Assembly: GCF_001194135.2 (NCBI RefSeq)
Contig: NC_068988.1
Location: 17,607,129-17,643,577, forward strand
From: Octopus bimaculoides
Taxonomy: Eukaryota
Direction of reading: 5' to 3'
Length of the DNA: 36,449 nt
This document shows, one piece after another, positions 11,193-23,997 of this stretch. Position numbers and translations under genes: made by a program. The first letter of the stretch is position 1; the number at the start of each line of letters is the position of its first letter. The notes under the pieces were generated by a model. It ran no database searches and had not been told where the DNA came from. It worked only from the letters and a program-made list of their open reading frames with translations.

Positions 11193-11918
11193 CAATTTTG
11201 CAGCTGAATGTAATTGGACTCAGTGTTTTGCTGCAAAATTTGGTTTCTCCGAATTTCTGTAACAATACCGGATGTCAAAACACTTATGCTGCATGTAAAC
11301 AAATCGAATATTTTGATAGCTTTGCAAGCGAAGAGTTTTTCAGTGAATGCATTGCCCTCAACCAATCAGATATGCCTATTCATTCTAACCATTTAGGTTC
11401 CAGTTAACTATGCTTTTCAATGGCAGTCAAGTATTCAATGAGTCATTGTGATTACTGGATTAGAAAAAGCAAGACCATATTTTCTAATTATGACTTACCC
11501 TCTGCTGCATAGACATGAAAAACAGTTTTATCAGAAATCTAATCTGAAACACAAGAAATGTCATTTGTCAGATCTCTTGCTGAACATCGTAGAGCTCTCT
11601 TAAACCTGCTTCTGTTTTATGAGTTGAGTTTCAATTTAGAATTAAAAGTAAATATATAAAGTAAATCAAATGGATAGCATTTCATGAACTTACATATTTA
11701 AATTTATCAATAAATGCTGTCTCAGAATTTTGCTCGTGTCACAGAAATCTATCTAAATTTAAATCTTGATATGTATCTGCATTACAATAACTATATTCCC
11801 AATTACATTAAAAAAAAAAGCACTTAACAAGAATTATTTTTATATGTTCGGCACCCGTTCAACGCTGGTGCGTGCTTCTGTTTATCCGTGCATGTGATTC
11901 TGTATGTGTCTTTGTACC

Positions 11919-11963
<45 letters not shown>

Positions 11964-12037
11964 CCATATTCCCATGCACACACACACACTCACACGCATG
12001 CACATACAGTGCCCACACACAGGCACACACGCACACG

Positions 12038-12076
<39 letters not shown>

Positions 12077-13663
12077 GGATGTTTAAGTGCATCCAGATAC
12101 ATTTCACACAGTGGTTATTTACGGGCAGGAAGCTTCGGATCACACATCAATGAGTTAATGTTTTCTTGTCGATAGGTGCATCAGAGAATGATTGTATGTG
12201 TAAGTTGTATATGTCTGTGTAAACGTCTCTCTAGATCATACCTAGATGCCATATATTTTTACTGTAAAAGACTCTCTTCGTATTTCTTGCTTATCGACCA
12301 TATAGGAAACATGTTGACAATAATGTGAGGAGAAATCAGGATGAGCTCTAAGGTGACTTCTTAAAGTCAAGCCTAGCATTTTCAGTACAAATACTATTCA
12401 TAGTCCGGCTTTTATGGTAAGATGTGATTTTAATCGATGTCAAAGATCAGATTTACAGTCAGTTATTTTCGACAGTCGCAGTTCCACACGTTTGGAGGCG
12501 GTGAATATCTTTTTAAATGGAAGTTGATAGATATGGGTGCAAATGAGATTAGTTTTATATTACTTATATTTGTAAGCTTGCCAGTAAAAATAGCATTAAC
12601 AGCGGCAACCGTAACAGTCACGACAGCGGCTGCAACGCAACGGTAACAGCAGCTGCAGTAAGAAAATGTGAAAGAGACAGAGAGCAGAAAGCGAAAGAGG
12701 AGGAGTAGAAGAAAATGAATAAGTAGTAGAAGGAGAAATAATGTAAATATATCTCATTAAAGAAATATATAACAAATATCCAAACAAAACACGGACGATT
12801 AAAATAAATAAATCAAAACCCACCAATATTTCTATGAAGAACGCAGTATCTTAAAGTCGGGCCTAGAAATGTTAGAGAACGAATAAATAATATACAGAAC
12901 TATAGAATCTCCAACTTCAATAAACAGTTATTGTAGAACGTTATAAAACCACGTTATTGAAACAAAGATGGAAAGTGATGTCAACAGTAGATGATACATA
13001 AGATAATAGAGAGTTGAAAGCTTCTATTGATAAAATATTACTTTTCTGGTTGACACGATTAGTACTGATATTTAGAGAGAACCAGAATCAATAATGGACA
13101 CGCTTGAATGGAAGTAGCCATAGTAGCTGAATTTCAAAACATCAAGGGCTTCAACATTACTGATAACTTTACGCCATTGTAGTATAATTGCATAATGCAG
13201 TGCAGACAAAAACACAGCAACAGATTCATTAAAAGAGATAAGAGAAACAATGGAAACATGACAAATTCTTCTATATTTTAAAGCAGACACTTGTAAATGA
13301 GTGGTAGGATTGCAGAGATTTCTGTGTCTTGCGAGTGAAAACGGATAGAATTATGAAACCACGATCACACAAAGCCGTAGAAACATGCACTTTAAAAACA
13401 TAAAAGTAAAACTTTTAGACGTAACTTATAATGATGAAGGATTTTCCACATGTTAAATGGCCTTAAAAGTAGGTATATGCCATGCGAAGAACGGCTTTAA
13501 AATATGTTTAGTTAGGCTGAATGATAACGATTGCAGATTCAGAATGAATGTGGTAATACCAACCAGTTTATATCATGTCATAAACGGACATACTTTTTGC
13601 CACACCTTTTTGTCATTTGCAGTTTTGTATGAAACTGTTTTAGTGTGATGTATTCATTTAGAC

Positions 13664-14056
13664 GTGGAGGCGCAATGGCCCAGTGGTTAGAGCAGCGGAC
13701 TCGCGGTCATAGGATCACGGTTTCGATTCCCAGACTGGGCGTTGTGAGTGTTTATTGAGCAAAAACACCTAAAGCTCCACGAGGCTCCGGCAGGGGGTGG
13801 TGGTGAACCCTGCTGTACTCTTTCACCACAACTTTCTCTCGCTCTTACTTTCTGTTTCTGTTGTACTTGTAATTCAAAGGGCCAGCCTTGTCACACTGTG
13901 TCACGCTGAATATCCCCGAGAACTACGTTAAGGGTACACGTGTCTGTGGAGTGCTCAGCCACTTGCACGTTAATTTCACGAGCAGGCTGTTCTGTTGATC
14001 GAATCAACTGGAACCCTCGACGTCGTAAGCGACGGAGTGCCAACAACAACAACAAC
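13664..14056 (+). mobile_element. tRNA-derived SINE, family A, full length
   Basis: A box TGGCCCAGTGG, B box GGTTTCGATTCCC, (AAC)n tail; no clear TSD. Confidence 0.93.
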
Positions 14057-14339
14057 GTTTATGTAGGCACGTGAATATAGTTACTGCCTAAAATATAGCA
14101 TCAGAAAAAAATTTTGGTTCACCAACTAAAGTAACTCCTTATTTATTTGTCTATTTATTTATTTATATTTGTATTTATGTAGAACATTAAATTTTCTAAG
14201 TCCACTAGAAAAAAAACCAATGAGCAATTAGAATTTTGCTCTTTTATACATACACGCCCAATGCCCACCCACCCCACACATGCACATATGCACATACACA
14301 CGCACACATACATATACATTTATTACAGATGCAAAATTA

Positions 14340-14455
14340 TCACAAGACTGTTCCTCGGAGTTTTCCGTTCCTCAGGCAGTTGTCGTCTGACGAACGGGCA
14401 TGTGAAACTCTGCGTAACCGTCTATTGATACTTGTTCAGCTTTAATAAAGTATTC
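14340..14455 (+). mobile_element. Possible PLE pLTR remnant with a degenerate hammerhead-like core
   Basis: CTGACGA (14387-14393)...GAAAC...GTA followed by AATAAA; stems are short or mismatched. Confidence 0.35.
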
Positions 14456-17223
14456 GATTACTATCCTTTCCACTCATATGCTCACCTATATATGTATGTG
14501 TATATGTATGGATGGATGGAGGGATATGAATTTTATTAACTGATCATAGAACGATGAAGAAACAAATAATTTTACATGCATCATTATATATTCAATTACA
14601 TGTACGGTCGACTGGAATGATGCAGCGAGTTACGATTAGCTCGTGGACCTCACTTTGACGGTCATTTCTTGAAAGCAATAAATAAATAAGAGAACAAAGG
14701 TTGCGAGACCGCTGCACAAATACATGAACAACGTAGAAGAAACTAAGCCAAAACTAAGAAAGTTTATTATTTGAGTAATGTTTTTTTTAATCTTTCAATA
14801 AACGTAACTCTACATTTGTATCTAACATTTCTAGTTAATCTTAAAGCAACATTAATACCAATGTATTTAGGAATTTGATTTAATAGCACAGATTGCATTA
14901 CAATATCTATCTGTATTTTCTACAAACTACTTCAAGAACATCAAAAATAAGGATATCTAGAGTAACTGTAGACTAAAGAGAATTCGTTCATATAACATAT
15001 AATCTTACATTGGCAATCTTACCGAAGCTAAATGGGTGAAACAAAGATAAAATAGTTCATAGATAAGAACACTTTGAATAGTGTCAATACTATAAGACTT
15101 GAACTGATAACCGATGGTACCACTAATGAGATGATAATAGAGCTGACTAAGTCCTAATAAGATTAGACTTGAGCGCACATAGTGAATCTGATCAGACATC
15201 TTTCTTGTAAGGACTTTAGAGACAGAAACAAAAAACACCTGTTTATTGATAATTCAATGGAACGGGATAGTTATATCTACTTGAAATTTCTGTGAATTTA
15301 GGAATAGTAATATCAAAATATATGAGTTTAAAACAATTTCCACATTAATCTGTCTCTCCCGCACTCTTCTCTCTCCTTTTCGCACTATATATGTGTAATA
15401 TATACAGCGTATGTACATTATTATTCGGTACGAAACTATCACTGAAAATATAAAACTCGTTTAGGTTCTAAGTGGTGTGAACTTGGTAATTAAGACTGGT
15501 GATAATAGAATTTCTCGTTCATCTCTGAAGTCAGAACTTACAAGAAAACAAAGGAATATAACAAAGAATAGCTCAAAGCAAGACTAAAAAAGAAAATCAA
15601 TCTTAATATCTCTCTTGAGAAATCTAGTCTCATAGAAAGTGACTGATAGATTAACATTTAATACTAGAAGGTAATATTTTCAATGACTATAGTATCTTTC
15701 AAAGCAACAAATATCTCCTTGAAATCAATAGTCATAGAAGTAAAACCTCAATGTTGTATAGTATTAACTATTAGCTACAAATCAAATGGTAAATGATATT
15801 ATACAAAACGTTGTCAGAGAAACCTAGCTTGTATATTATTAAATACTTTAATTATTGAATAGCAAAAATAACAAAGTATTCAGACCTATATTTACAGGTG
15901 ATTATAAGTGATATATTTAGATAAAACATTTTGTGTAAACATAATATACACAAAATTACTCTTATGTATGAATCGTGGGTTCCCAAAATTTTCAGCCAAT
16001 CAACCTTATCAGGGACTTACAGAAGCGTTGCGAAACCCCAATAACTCAGAAATATAGTATGGTAATTCCGGGGCGTAGTAAAGTGATTTTAAACGGGTGT
16101 TTATATAACCATTCATAAAATGAATATATTATCAATATGTTATCAATCATAATCTATTTTAAGTCATAATAATGAAGTGACATATTAGAAGAGACATTGC
16201 ATAACCTATTTTTATCAATGATATATTGAAATATGCGAAGGCTACAAGTTTTAAATATAGAAGGGAGATAATTTAGCCTGAAGAGTGGTGGAACATGAAT
16301 CATTAACATTATTAATCAGTAATATAAGCGTATTACAAAGCTGGTATTTCCCCATCACAAGGGGAATTTTGCCACCACCAACGTTCTTAATTTGCTGCAA
16401 TGGGGTAAATCAGGGCATCTAAGCAATGACCACTGAAATTCAATTCGCAGTCATATTTAATATATGCTTTCTGGCAATAAAGCATTAAAATAATAACGTA
16501 TATGCTTATAGCAGTCTGAATTGGAATTTTTCTCTCTATTGTCAAATTTAAGATCCAAGGATAATAAATATGAAGATGGGAAAAGTTGTTTTAAAAAGAA
16601 TGAAAGAGGAAATGAATGAATGGACTCAGAGTATCTTTTTATCATCATTTTCTAATCATATCTCCCTCTCTTTCTCTCTCTTCCTCTCTTTCTCTCTCTC
16701 CCTCTTTCTCTCTCTCTCCCTCTCTCTCTCTGTGTAGTTGTGTGTCTTTGTGCATGTAGAGCGAAAGGGAAATGGAGAAGAAAGCATTGAATGGAATTAT
16801 TCGTTTTTTTGTTTTGTTTTGTTTGTTTTTTTGTAAGGTGGGTGTTGTTTCTTTTTCGCGATTGGATTTCGCGGATGCTTTTTCTCCAAAATCCGACTGG
16901 CTCATCCTTTCAAATCTTTTCTTCTGACAATAATTTGCTGCTGTAATTGTGTGTTAATGCAAAAATCAACGAGAAGGTGATATAAATTTGGTTCAACAGG
17001 TATATCTAGCCAATACGTTTAAGACGTTCTTTATTGAGATTAAAACAACCGGGATTTTTTTTTTTTTTTTCAAAACCGTGATTTAAACTCGTTACCATCT
17101 TTCACTTTAGCGAAAAAGAATATCTAGTCCATACAGAGTTACTCTCTAGCAATAATAATCAATAATCATATTTAATTTATTTCTTTTCAATTTTAAAACC
17201 AATTATTTCTTTTAATAATGTTA

Positions 17224-19026
17224 TGTCTCAACGTTACTGCTATGTAGCACCTTCGCATGATCTCTACTCAACCGCTACACAACTGCAACTCGACTGCTAC
17301 TCTACGTTTTCTTTATTTGGCACTATGGCCACAACGCAGATGGGGTCACTACAAGGACAGACACAACACCACAATGGGGACACAAAATATAAACCGAATG
17401 ACAATGAGATGTTATATAAGGAAGAAATGAAATGGCTGCATGGGCCCCATAACCATGTAGTACCATTTGAATCGTTTATATAAACTATTTACCATCGTTC
17501 ACTTTTTCTATGTGTTATTCTTAATTATCTGTTTTTTTAATAATTATTTTTATAACAAAAAAAANNNNNNNNNNTCACATTTTCAGAATAGACATCTGTT
17601 GGTAACTTAATTCTTATAATGTGCTTGAATTTAAGAATTTTCTTCTCTGTCTCCTTATTTTTTGAGTAAGTTACAAAATTCCAATTGTATTTCCATCTTC
17701 TTGATTTTTTCTCTTCTCCTGTTACTGATGTATTTCCTTCTCGACCTCCAACCCATTCATCCCATTCATCGTCAGATGTTTCAACCCTCGAATCCTCTTC
17801 CTTCGCTGGGGAAACCGGCGTCATTATCGCTGTTTCCTCCTCTTGTAAATCTACCTGTTTAATAGTTGTCTTCTCTCTTTCTTTCTCCGTCACCTCTTCA
17901 TCTGCCTTCCCTCTGGTCACAGCTTTCTTTCCCACTTCTTCTTTCTTCTTTTCTGTTTCTCTGGTGGTAAGTTTGTTCTTCCACTCCTCCTTCGTTTTCT
18001 TTCCATTACCGTAAATCCCTCCTCCGTTGTATTTTCTTCTGTCTCTGTCTGTACTACCTGGTTCGTGTCTTCCTGTTTTTCTGTTGGTTCTCTCTGCAGG
18101 TATCTCGCCTTCATGTGGCCTTTCTCGTCACATGCAAAACATGTAGGCGGCCTGCCCTCCACTTTCACTCTTAATTTTTGGTCGTCAGGTAGCGCTATCT
18201 CCTCGTCAATTCTATTAAGGTCTTCCACTGTTGCCTGGATAGTCAGTTCGATTCAATATCCCCAATAATCCACACTCTTTGTTCTTGTGGTCTTGAATAT
18301 CTTGGCCTCTTCCTTTATGTTGTATTTTATTGCTGTCATGAGCCCTGATTCATCTAGTTCTCGGGGTAGTTTGCCTATTCGCAATCTATCCACACGTTTG
18401 CCACAGTACGACGGCAGCAACACCCATTCCTCCGATCGTATAGCTTCCGTAGAGTTCTTAATTGCTTCTATTTCTGTTGCAAATCGTACCTCCACAGTGG
18501 CATATTTTTTCCTCTAGTTACAAAAGTTGTTTGCTTTCTGATACCTTTCAGGCACTCCTCGATCTCCTCAACTGTCGCGAGCTCTATCCCTCTAGTTGCC
18601 ACCTTCATGGTTTTAAAAACTACAGTTCTTTCTTACACCTTCTGTCAGTTCCACAGGCGGTGTCAACGTCAGCGTGTTTCCGACCCTCGCCAGCAACTTC
18701 TCACATCCCTTCATCTTCTTCGGATCAACCTTAATTTCGATTATTTCCAGCTTTCCTTCCTCTGTTCCTTTTCCAGTCGCCGCCGCATAACTTTGGCCAC
18801 CTACCGGTGCTTTCTCCATTTTCCACAACGGGAAGACACAAAAAAACCCGAACAATATCAACAATTAACAGCAATAATTAACACTCAATTTTACAACAAA
18901 AAAACTCTACGTCATCGACAACTCAAATTCCGAAAAGACTGGTGCTCAACACTCCTACCACGGCCAGACTACCTCTATTTATATATCTTGGGGGAACCTA
19001 TTCCTTCGCATGGGGGCGTCGACACA
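17224..19026 (-). mobile_element. ORF1-bearing (Tx1/L1-like gag) element with no visible ORF2, TG...CA-like termini
   Basis: Termini tgtctcaacg / cgtcgacaca are 8/10 inverted; ccttcgcatg occurs at 17250-17259 and 19003-19012. TATAAA lies at 18983-18978 and AATAAA at 17317-17312. A 10-N gap sits at 17565-17574. Confidence 0.6.
17575..18819 (-). pseudogene. Disrupted ORF1 nucleic-acid-binding protein (two RRM-like domains + CCHC zinc knuckle + acidic/basic tail)
   Basis: MEKAPVGGQSYAAA...YATVEVRFATEIEA...RIGKLPRELDE...VKVEGRPPTCFACDEKGHMKARY (CX2CX4HX4C with the last C replaced by Y); three frameshifts and a stop near 18253. Confidence 0.8.
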
Positions 19027-19969
19027 ACAAATACTTATTTAGTAAAAGTCATAGCATTCTAATCGCATATGTAAACAGTACTTCTTCAATTTGATGTAGA
19101 ATTCAAAACCATGTGACACAAGGTAGATACAGTTTTAAAAGAAAAATAGGTAATGAAAAAATGTATACAAGTGATTAGTTGGAATAACTGAGGCACAGTT
19201 TGTGGTAGTCTGTGTGTGTGTGTTACATCGCTAGCAGTAATTTACATTCCTACGATGTCGGTGATATATAATTGATATTTATATAATATATCAATATGAA
19301 ACGCAGAAACAGATATATACGTTCGCATGGTTAATGTTTTCTAACAGTGGAATACAAAGTACATTAAGCTATGAATAATGGCAGCTAAAAAATGTTTGGC
19401 TTAAAAGAAAAAAGTATTCTAAGGAAAAAGTCGAAGGCTGGACAATTTCCATTCTAGGGATTTTTAATTCCATATTATCACGCTATTATTTATAGTTTTA
19501 TCACCTTTGGTTTCCACCGTTAGAACAAATTGTTCTCGCGCCTGTATGTATGTATGTATGTATGTATGCCATTCTTCAGTTTTTTTTCAAGATTTCTAGC
19601 CAATAGAAATCTAACCAAGACCCAAGGTTCCTTCATTGCTACTATTACAACATCAACAACAGGATGTTTGTGTTTGTATGTATGCACGTATGTATGCATG
19701 CATGCTTGTATGCGCGTATGTATGCATGCATGCTTGTATGCATGTATGTATGTATGTATCTATGAATCTTCTCCGAGCAGAGACGGAGCAACTAGCGTTC
19801 TTGTAAGAAGGCAATTAAAACCAAGTATATTTTCTCTGTATCTTTCAATTCTTCCCAACTGCCTGATAGTAGGTTCAGCTGGTGGAACTTTCTCTCCCTC
19901 TCCTCCCTTCTCTCTTTCTTTTTTATTCTACCCATCTTAATCTCTCTGTATACATACATACGAGTATAT

Positions 19970-20029
19970 ATGTATACTGTGTATATATATATACATATAT
20001 ATACATATATATATATATGTATATATACG

Positions 20030-20069
<40 letters not shown>

Positions 20070-20079
20070 NNNNNNNNNN

Positions 20080-20113
<34 letters not shown>

Positions 20114-20160
20114 CGTGTGTGTATATATACGTCTGTCTATCTATCTATTTATCTATGCTA

Positions 20161-20197
<37 letters not shown>

Positions 20198-20200
20198 TTA
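19970..20200. repeat. (TA)n microsatellite with a 10-N gap
   Basis: Directly visible. Confidence 0.95.
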
Positions 20201-20693
20201 TGTATGCATGTATATCCTCTATTTATCTAAGTATGTCTCACGGTTACCCTATCTTTATGTAACATGCAGTTGGTATTCTCGCTTACGTTTGTATTAAATT
20301 CTAGCTAACATCAGAATGTTCATGAAAGTCTTACTAATGCACGCCTACATTCTAATTTTTATAACATGATAAAAACATATCACATCGTACATATATCAGT
20401 TTGTACATGCGTTACATATATCAGTGTGTACGTTCCCATCCGTGCTTCTGTGAACGTTTTTCTGAAAATATAATTAACTTTCTAAGACCGTCAATCCATG
20501 TCTATTTCAGTTTGTGTATGGATTCATGTTTCGGAAATTATTTTTTTACAATGTGTAAATAATGTAGCTATATGCAGTAATGTACACACACACNNNNNNN
20601 NNNNNNNNNNNNNNNNNNNNNNNNNNNNNNNNNNNNNNNNNNNNNNNNNNNNNNNNNNNNNNNNNNNNNNNNNNNNNNNNNNNNNNNNNNNNN

Positions 20694-20905
20694 GTATATA
20701 TGTGTATATATATATATATACACACACATGTATATATGTGTGTATATATATACACACACATGTATATATGTGTATATATATATATACATACACACACATG
20801 TATATATGTGTATATATATATATACACACACATGTATATATGTGTGTGTATATATATATATAAATATATACACACACATGTATATTTATATATATATATA
20901 TATAT
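20694..20905. repeat. About 30-bp near-palindromic minisatellite (atatatacacacacatgtatatatgtgt)n following a 100-N gap
   Basis: About six units visible. Confidence 0.85.
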
Positions 20906-22038
20906 AAAGAAAGGAACATACATACATACATTTTGCTTCTAAATGTGTAAATGCGTGATTAATTTTCTGTTATACACATCCTCCGAATATAAAATTGCGA
21001 GTCTGTTGCTCAACCATAAGATCTCCGGAGAAAACAGTTTTATAGTGATAAACAGAGTTGTATAAATTATCTTTTCTATCATCTACTAGATCAAATTTGC
21101 TTTTTATTCTTCCACTGTTCATAAATTAAGGTACTAAAGATCTAATACCAACAGTCCTTTCAATTTGTTGGCCTTTTACCCATATAAAAAATTGATACTA
21201 TTATTATTCATGTACTTGCATATTTACTTTACTTCAGGAATAATGTCTTGACCCAAAGTACTTATTCACATTTAACAAAATGAGGTAGTGAGATTTTCCT
21301 ATTTTTAATTGCTAATAACATAGCAGAAACAAATTTAATCACACTCTATTGTACAACATGAGTGAATAATGCGATTCACATGTTTGACTTGGTTGCATTA
21401 AAACATTATCTCTTCACTCTTCTTTGATTAGTGATAAACTACTGCATGAAGCAGTGAATTACCAGAGCTCTTAGAACATCATTGATAGTGATTCTTGTTA
21501 TTTGTTCTGACAGTTGGTACTCTGGGTTCAAATCTTACCGAGACCAATATTACCGTTTATTTCTTTCTTGGAGGATAACAAACAATTTCAATCTAGGGCG
21601 GTGTTTTGCGAAACAATATGTCTGATTTTATTATCCGCCGCTATATATTTCGGTTCTGTGTTCGAATCTCATCGTGGAATACTTGGTCGATAAACTTAAT
21701 TGCTCGGTGAGGATAACACCACCAATTGTCTTTTGTTGAGTTTACCAGAGTCCACGCTGTTGTAAGCTTTATAGCCAGGTCTACGGTTTGATGATAACTC
21801 CAGCTGGTCTCAGAGGCCATGATATATTTCAATTGCACTCCTTTCCTTTCTGACTATATTTTTTCAAATCCTAAACACCAACAGGCACTTTATTACTTAC
21901 GGTCAAATTTTCTAACTTTGCTTTCAACTGCTTATTTATTTACAGGTAATTAATCTCTGCTATTTGCAGTATGAGATGAAAGTAAAATAGTTTCCTCTGA
22001 TAGAAAGAAAGGCGGGTTCCATATTAGCCACCGCTCTT

Positions 22039-22172
22039 GGCTAGCAATAGTGGTAAGAGCATCAGGCTCGCAATCATGAAGGCTATATATTGTGTTCTTC
22101 GGCAAGAGACTTTATTTCACATTGCTCCAGTTCAACTCAGCTGTAGAAATGAGTTGCGATGTCACTGGTGCC
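22039..22172 (+). mobile_element. CORE-like SINE fragment (family D-related)
   Basis: tagtggtaagagc head, ttcggcaagagactttatttcac CORE-like segment, then ctcagctgtagaaatgag. Confidence 0.6.
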
Positions 22173-22508
22173 AAATGCATGTATTGAATTTTGTAAATCT
22201 CTGAAGTGGCCTAGCGAATCATGCATGTACACCCATTACATCATTTTCATCTACTAATTACGCCAGCGTACGGGAGCTATAGATAGAATGGGGCATGCCA
22301 ACTCTAGGGCGAAACAGCTGTAAGATTTTGTCCCTTCTCCAATTGCTAAATGTCCTTTGAATTTGAAATCTTAATTGTTAATATGTCATAAGAGTCTGTA
22401 TATTGTGTTTTTTGTCAATTAAGTTATAAAATAAACAGATTAATCAACGGAATACAGTGTCTGCAAGTCGATGAGTACCTCATATACCCCTCCATTTTCT
22501 TACTTGCT

Positions 22509-23072
22509 ATATATATNNNNNNNNNNNNNNNNNNNNNNNNNNNNNNNNNNNNNNNNNNNNNNNNNNNNNNNNNNNNNNNNNNNNNNNNNNNNNNNNNNNN
22601 NNNNNNNNNNNNNNNNNNNNNNNNNNNNNNNNNNNNNNNNNNNNNNNNNNNNNNNNNNNNNNNNNNNNNNNNNNNNNNNNNNNNNNNNNNNNNNNNNNNN
22701 NNNNNNNNNNNNNNNNNNNNNNNNNNNNNNNNNNNNNNNNNNNNNNNNNNNNNNNNNNNNNNNNNNNNNNNNNNNNNNNNNNNNNNNNNNNNNNNNNNNN
22801 NNNNNNNNNNNNNNNNNNNNNNNNNNNNNNNNNNNNNNNNNNNNNNNNNNNNNNNNNNNNNNNNNNNNNNNNNNNNNNNNNNNNNNNNNNNNNNNNNNNN
22901 NNNNNNNNNNNNNNNNNNNNNNNNNNNNNNNNNNNNNNNNNNNNNNNNNNNNNNNNNNNNNNNNNNNNNNNNNNNNNNNNNNNNNNNNNNNNNNNNNNNN
23001 NNNNNNNNNNNNNNNNNNNNNNNNNNNNNNNNNNNNNNNNNNNNNNNNNNNNNNNNNNNNNNNNNNNNNNNN

Positions 23073-23150
<78 letters not shown>
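22509..23150. repeat. (TA)n tract flanking a 556-N assembly gap (22517-23072)
   Basis: Directly visible. Confidence 0.95.
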
Positions 23151-23154
<4 letters not shown>

Positions 23155-23997
23155 CATAATTTCTATTTATTTTATCAGTGGCCAGCATATGAAGTGAAAT
23201 CATATAAATATAATTTTAATTAAGGGCATAGAAAAAATTCTAGCTTATATGCTGACCATAGACGCTAAATCGTCTTAAAAGATTTTTAAAGTGGTAAGAC
23301 GATTTAGCTTTTATATTCATCATATAAGCGAGAATTGATATGTACGTATGAATAAAGAACACAACAAATAGAAATATAACCACGGACAATTTACTTTCCG
23401 TGTATGCTTTCTTCAAATTTCCCGTATGTTGGTGTTCTTTCTATTTAATCCAAAAAATATTTATGTAATGGAACGCACTCCTTATTTCTTTTTACCTATA
23501 TATATGTATGTGTGTGTGCGCGCGCGCAGCTATATGTGTAGGTGTGAATGTATATCTGCGCGTATATATCTCATTTTAATTAGAATACCGACTTTGTCGC
23601 ATTTTTAGCTTCACAATTTTATGAACACTTATCTATCAGTTTTTCTTGGCGAAAGCCTTAATTGGTAGAATCGTTAGTGCATCGGGTAGTAGACCTTACG
23701 GTGTCCATTCTGCTTTCTCTGATCTCAGACCAAATCTCTATAAGATAACCATTGCCTTTCATCTCTGTAAGTTGCTAAATAAAGTATCATTACAACTCTG
23801 GCTCAGTCTACTTTTTCCATTCCTATCCATTTATCTATTTCGACTGTTCCTGCATATCAAAGTTCCGACCGTATCAGATTGTGTCAATGTAATGTTACTC
23901 ACTTTTAATTACATTAACTACATAGCTGTTTCTTGCAATACTCAGCAGCTTATACACTGATTTCATGCATAGGAATTGAGTTACTTTAAAAGCTTCA

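Larger units (their letters stand above)
11499..15213 (-). other. Hypothetical spliced exon chain (15213-15023, 14753-14654, 13270-13173, 11543-11499), unidentified hydrophobic product
   Basis: All four segments are flanked by AG/GT (donors gtaaga, gtgagg, gtaaag, gtaagt), are phase-compatible and have no stops. They were selected by eye on a T-rich strand and match no protein family I recognise. Confidence 0.3.

Noticed and set aside
13664-13740. tRNA gene calls at SINE heads (also about 4262, 8397, 7455, 25047)
   Set aside because: They have A/B boxes but no full cloverleaf, and they continue into repeat bodies with tails and TSDs.
6478-16051. Plus-strand micro-exon chain (about 6478-6506, 10593-10636, 12386-12416, 15993-16051) giving PSHVTQWPELSHLLNGLKRYIAKCTNTIHSPAFMPINLIRDLQKRC...
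   Set aside because: It is phase-compatible, but the exons are very short, were picked post hoc and match nothing recognisable; chance is likely in AT-rich DNA.
17224-19026. Classical LTR retrotransposon interpretation
   Set aside because: The two ends share only 9-10-bp words in permuted order, no PBS, PPT or pol was recognised, and the ORF resembles LINE ORF1.
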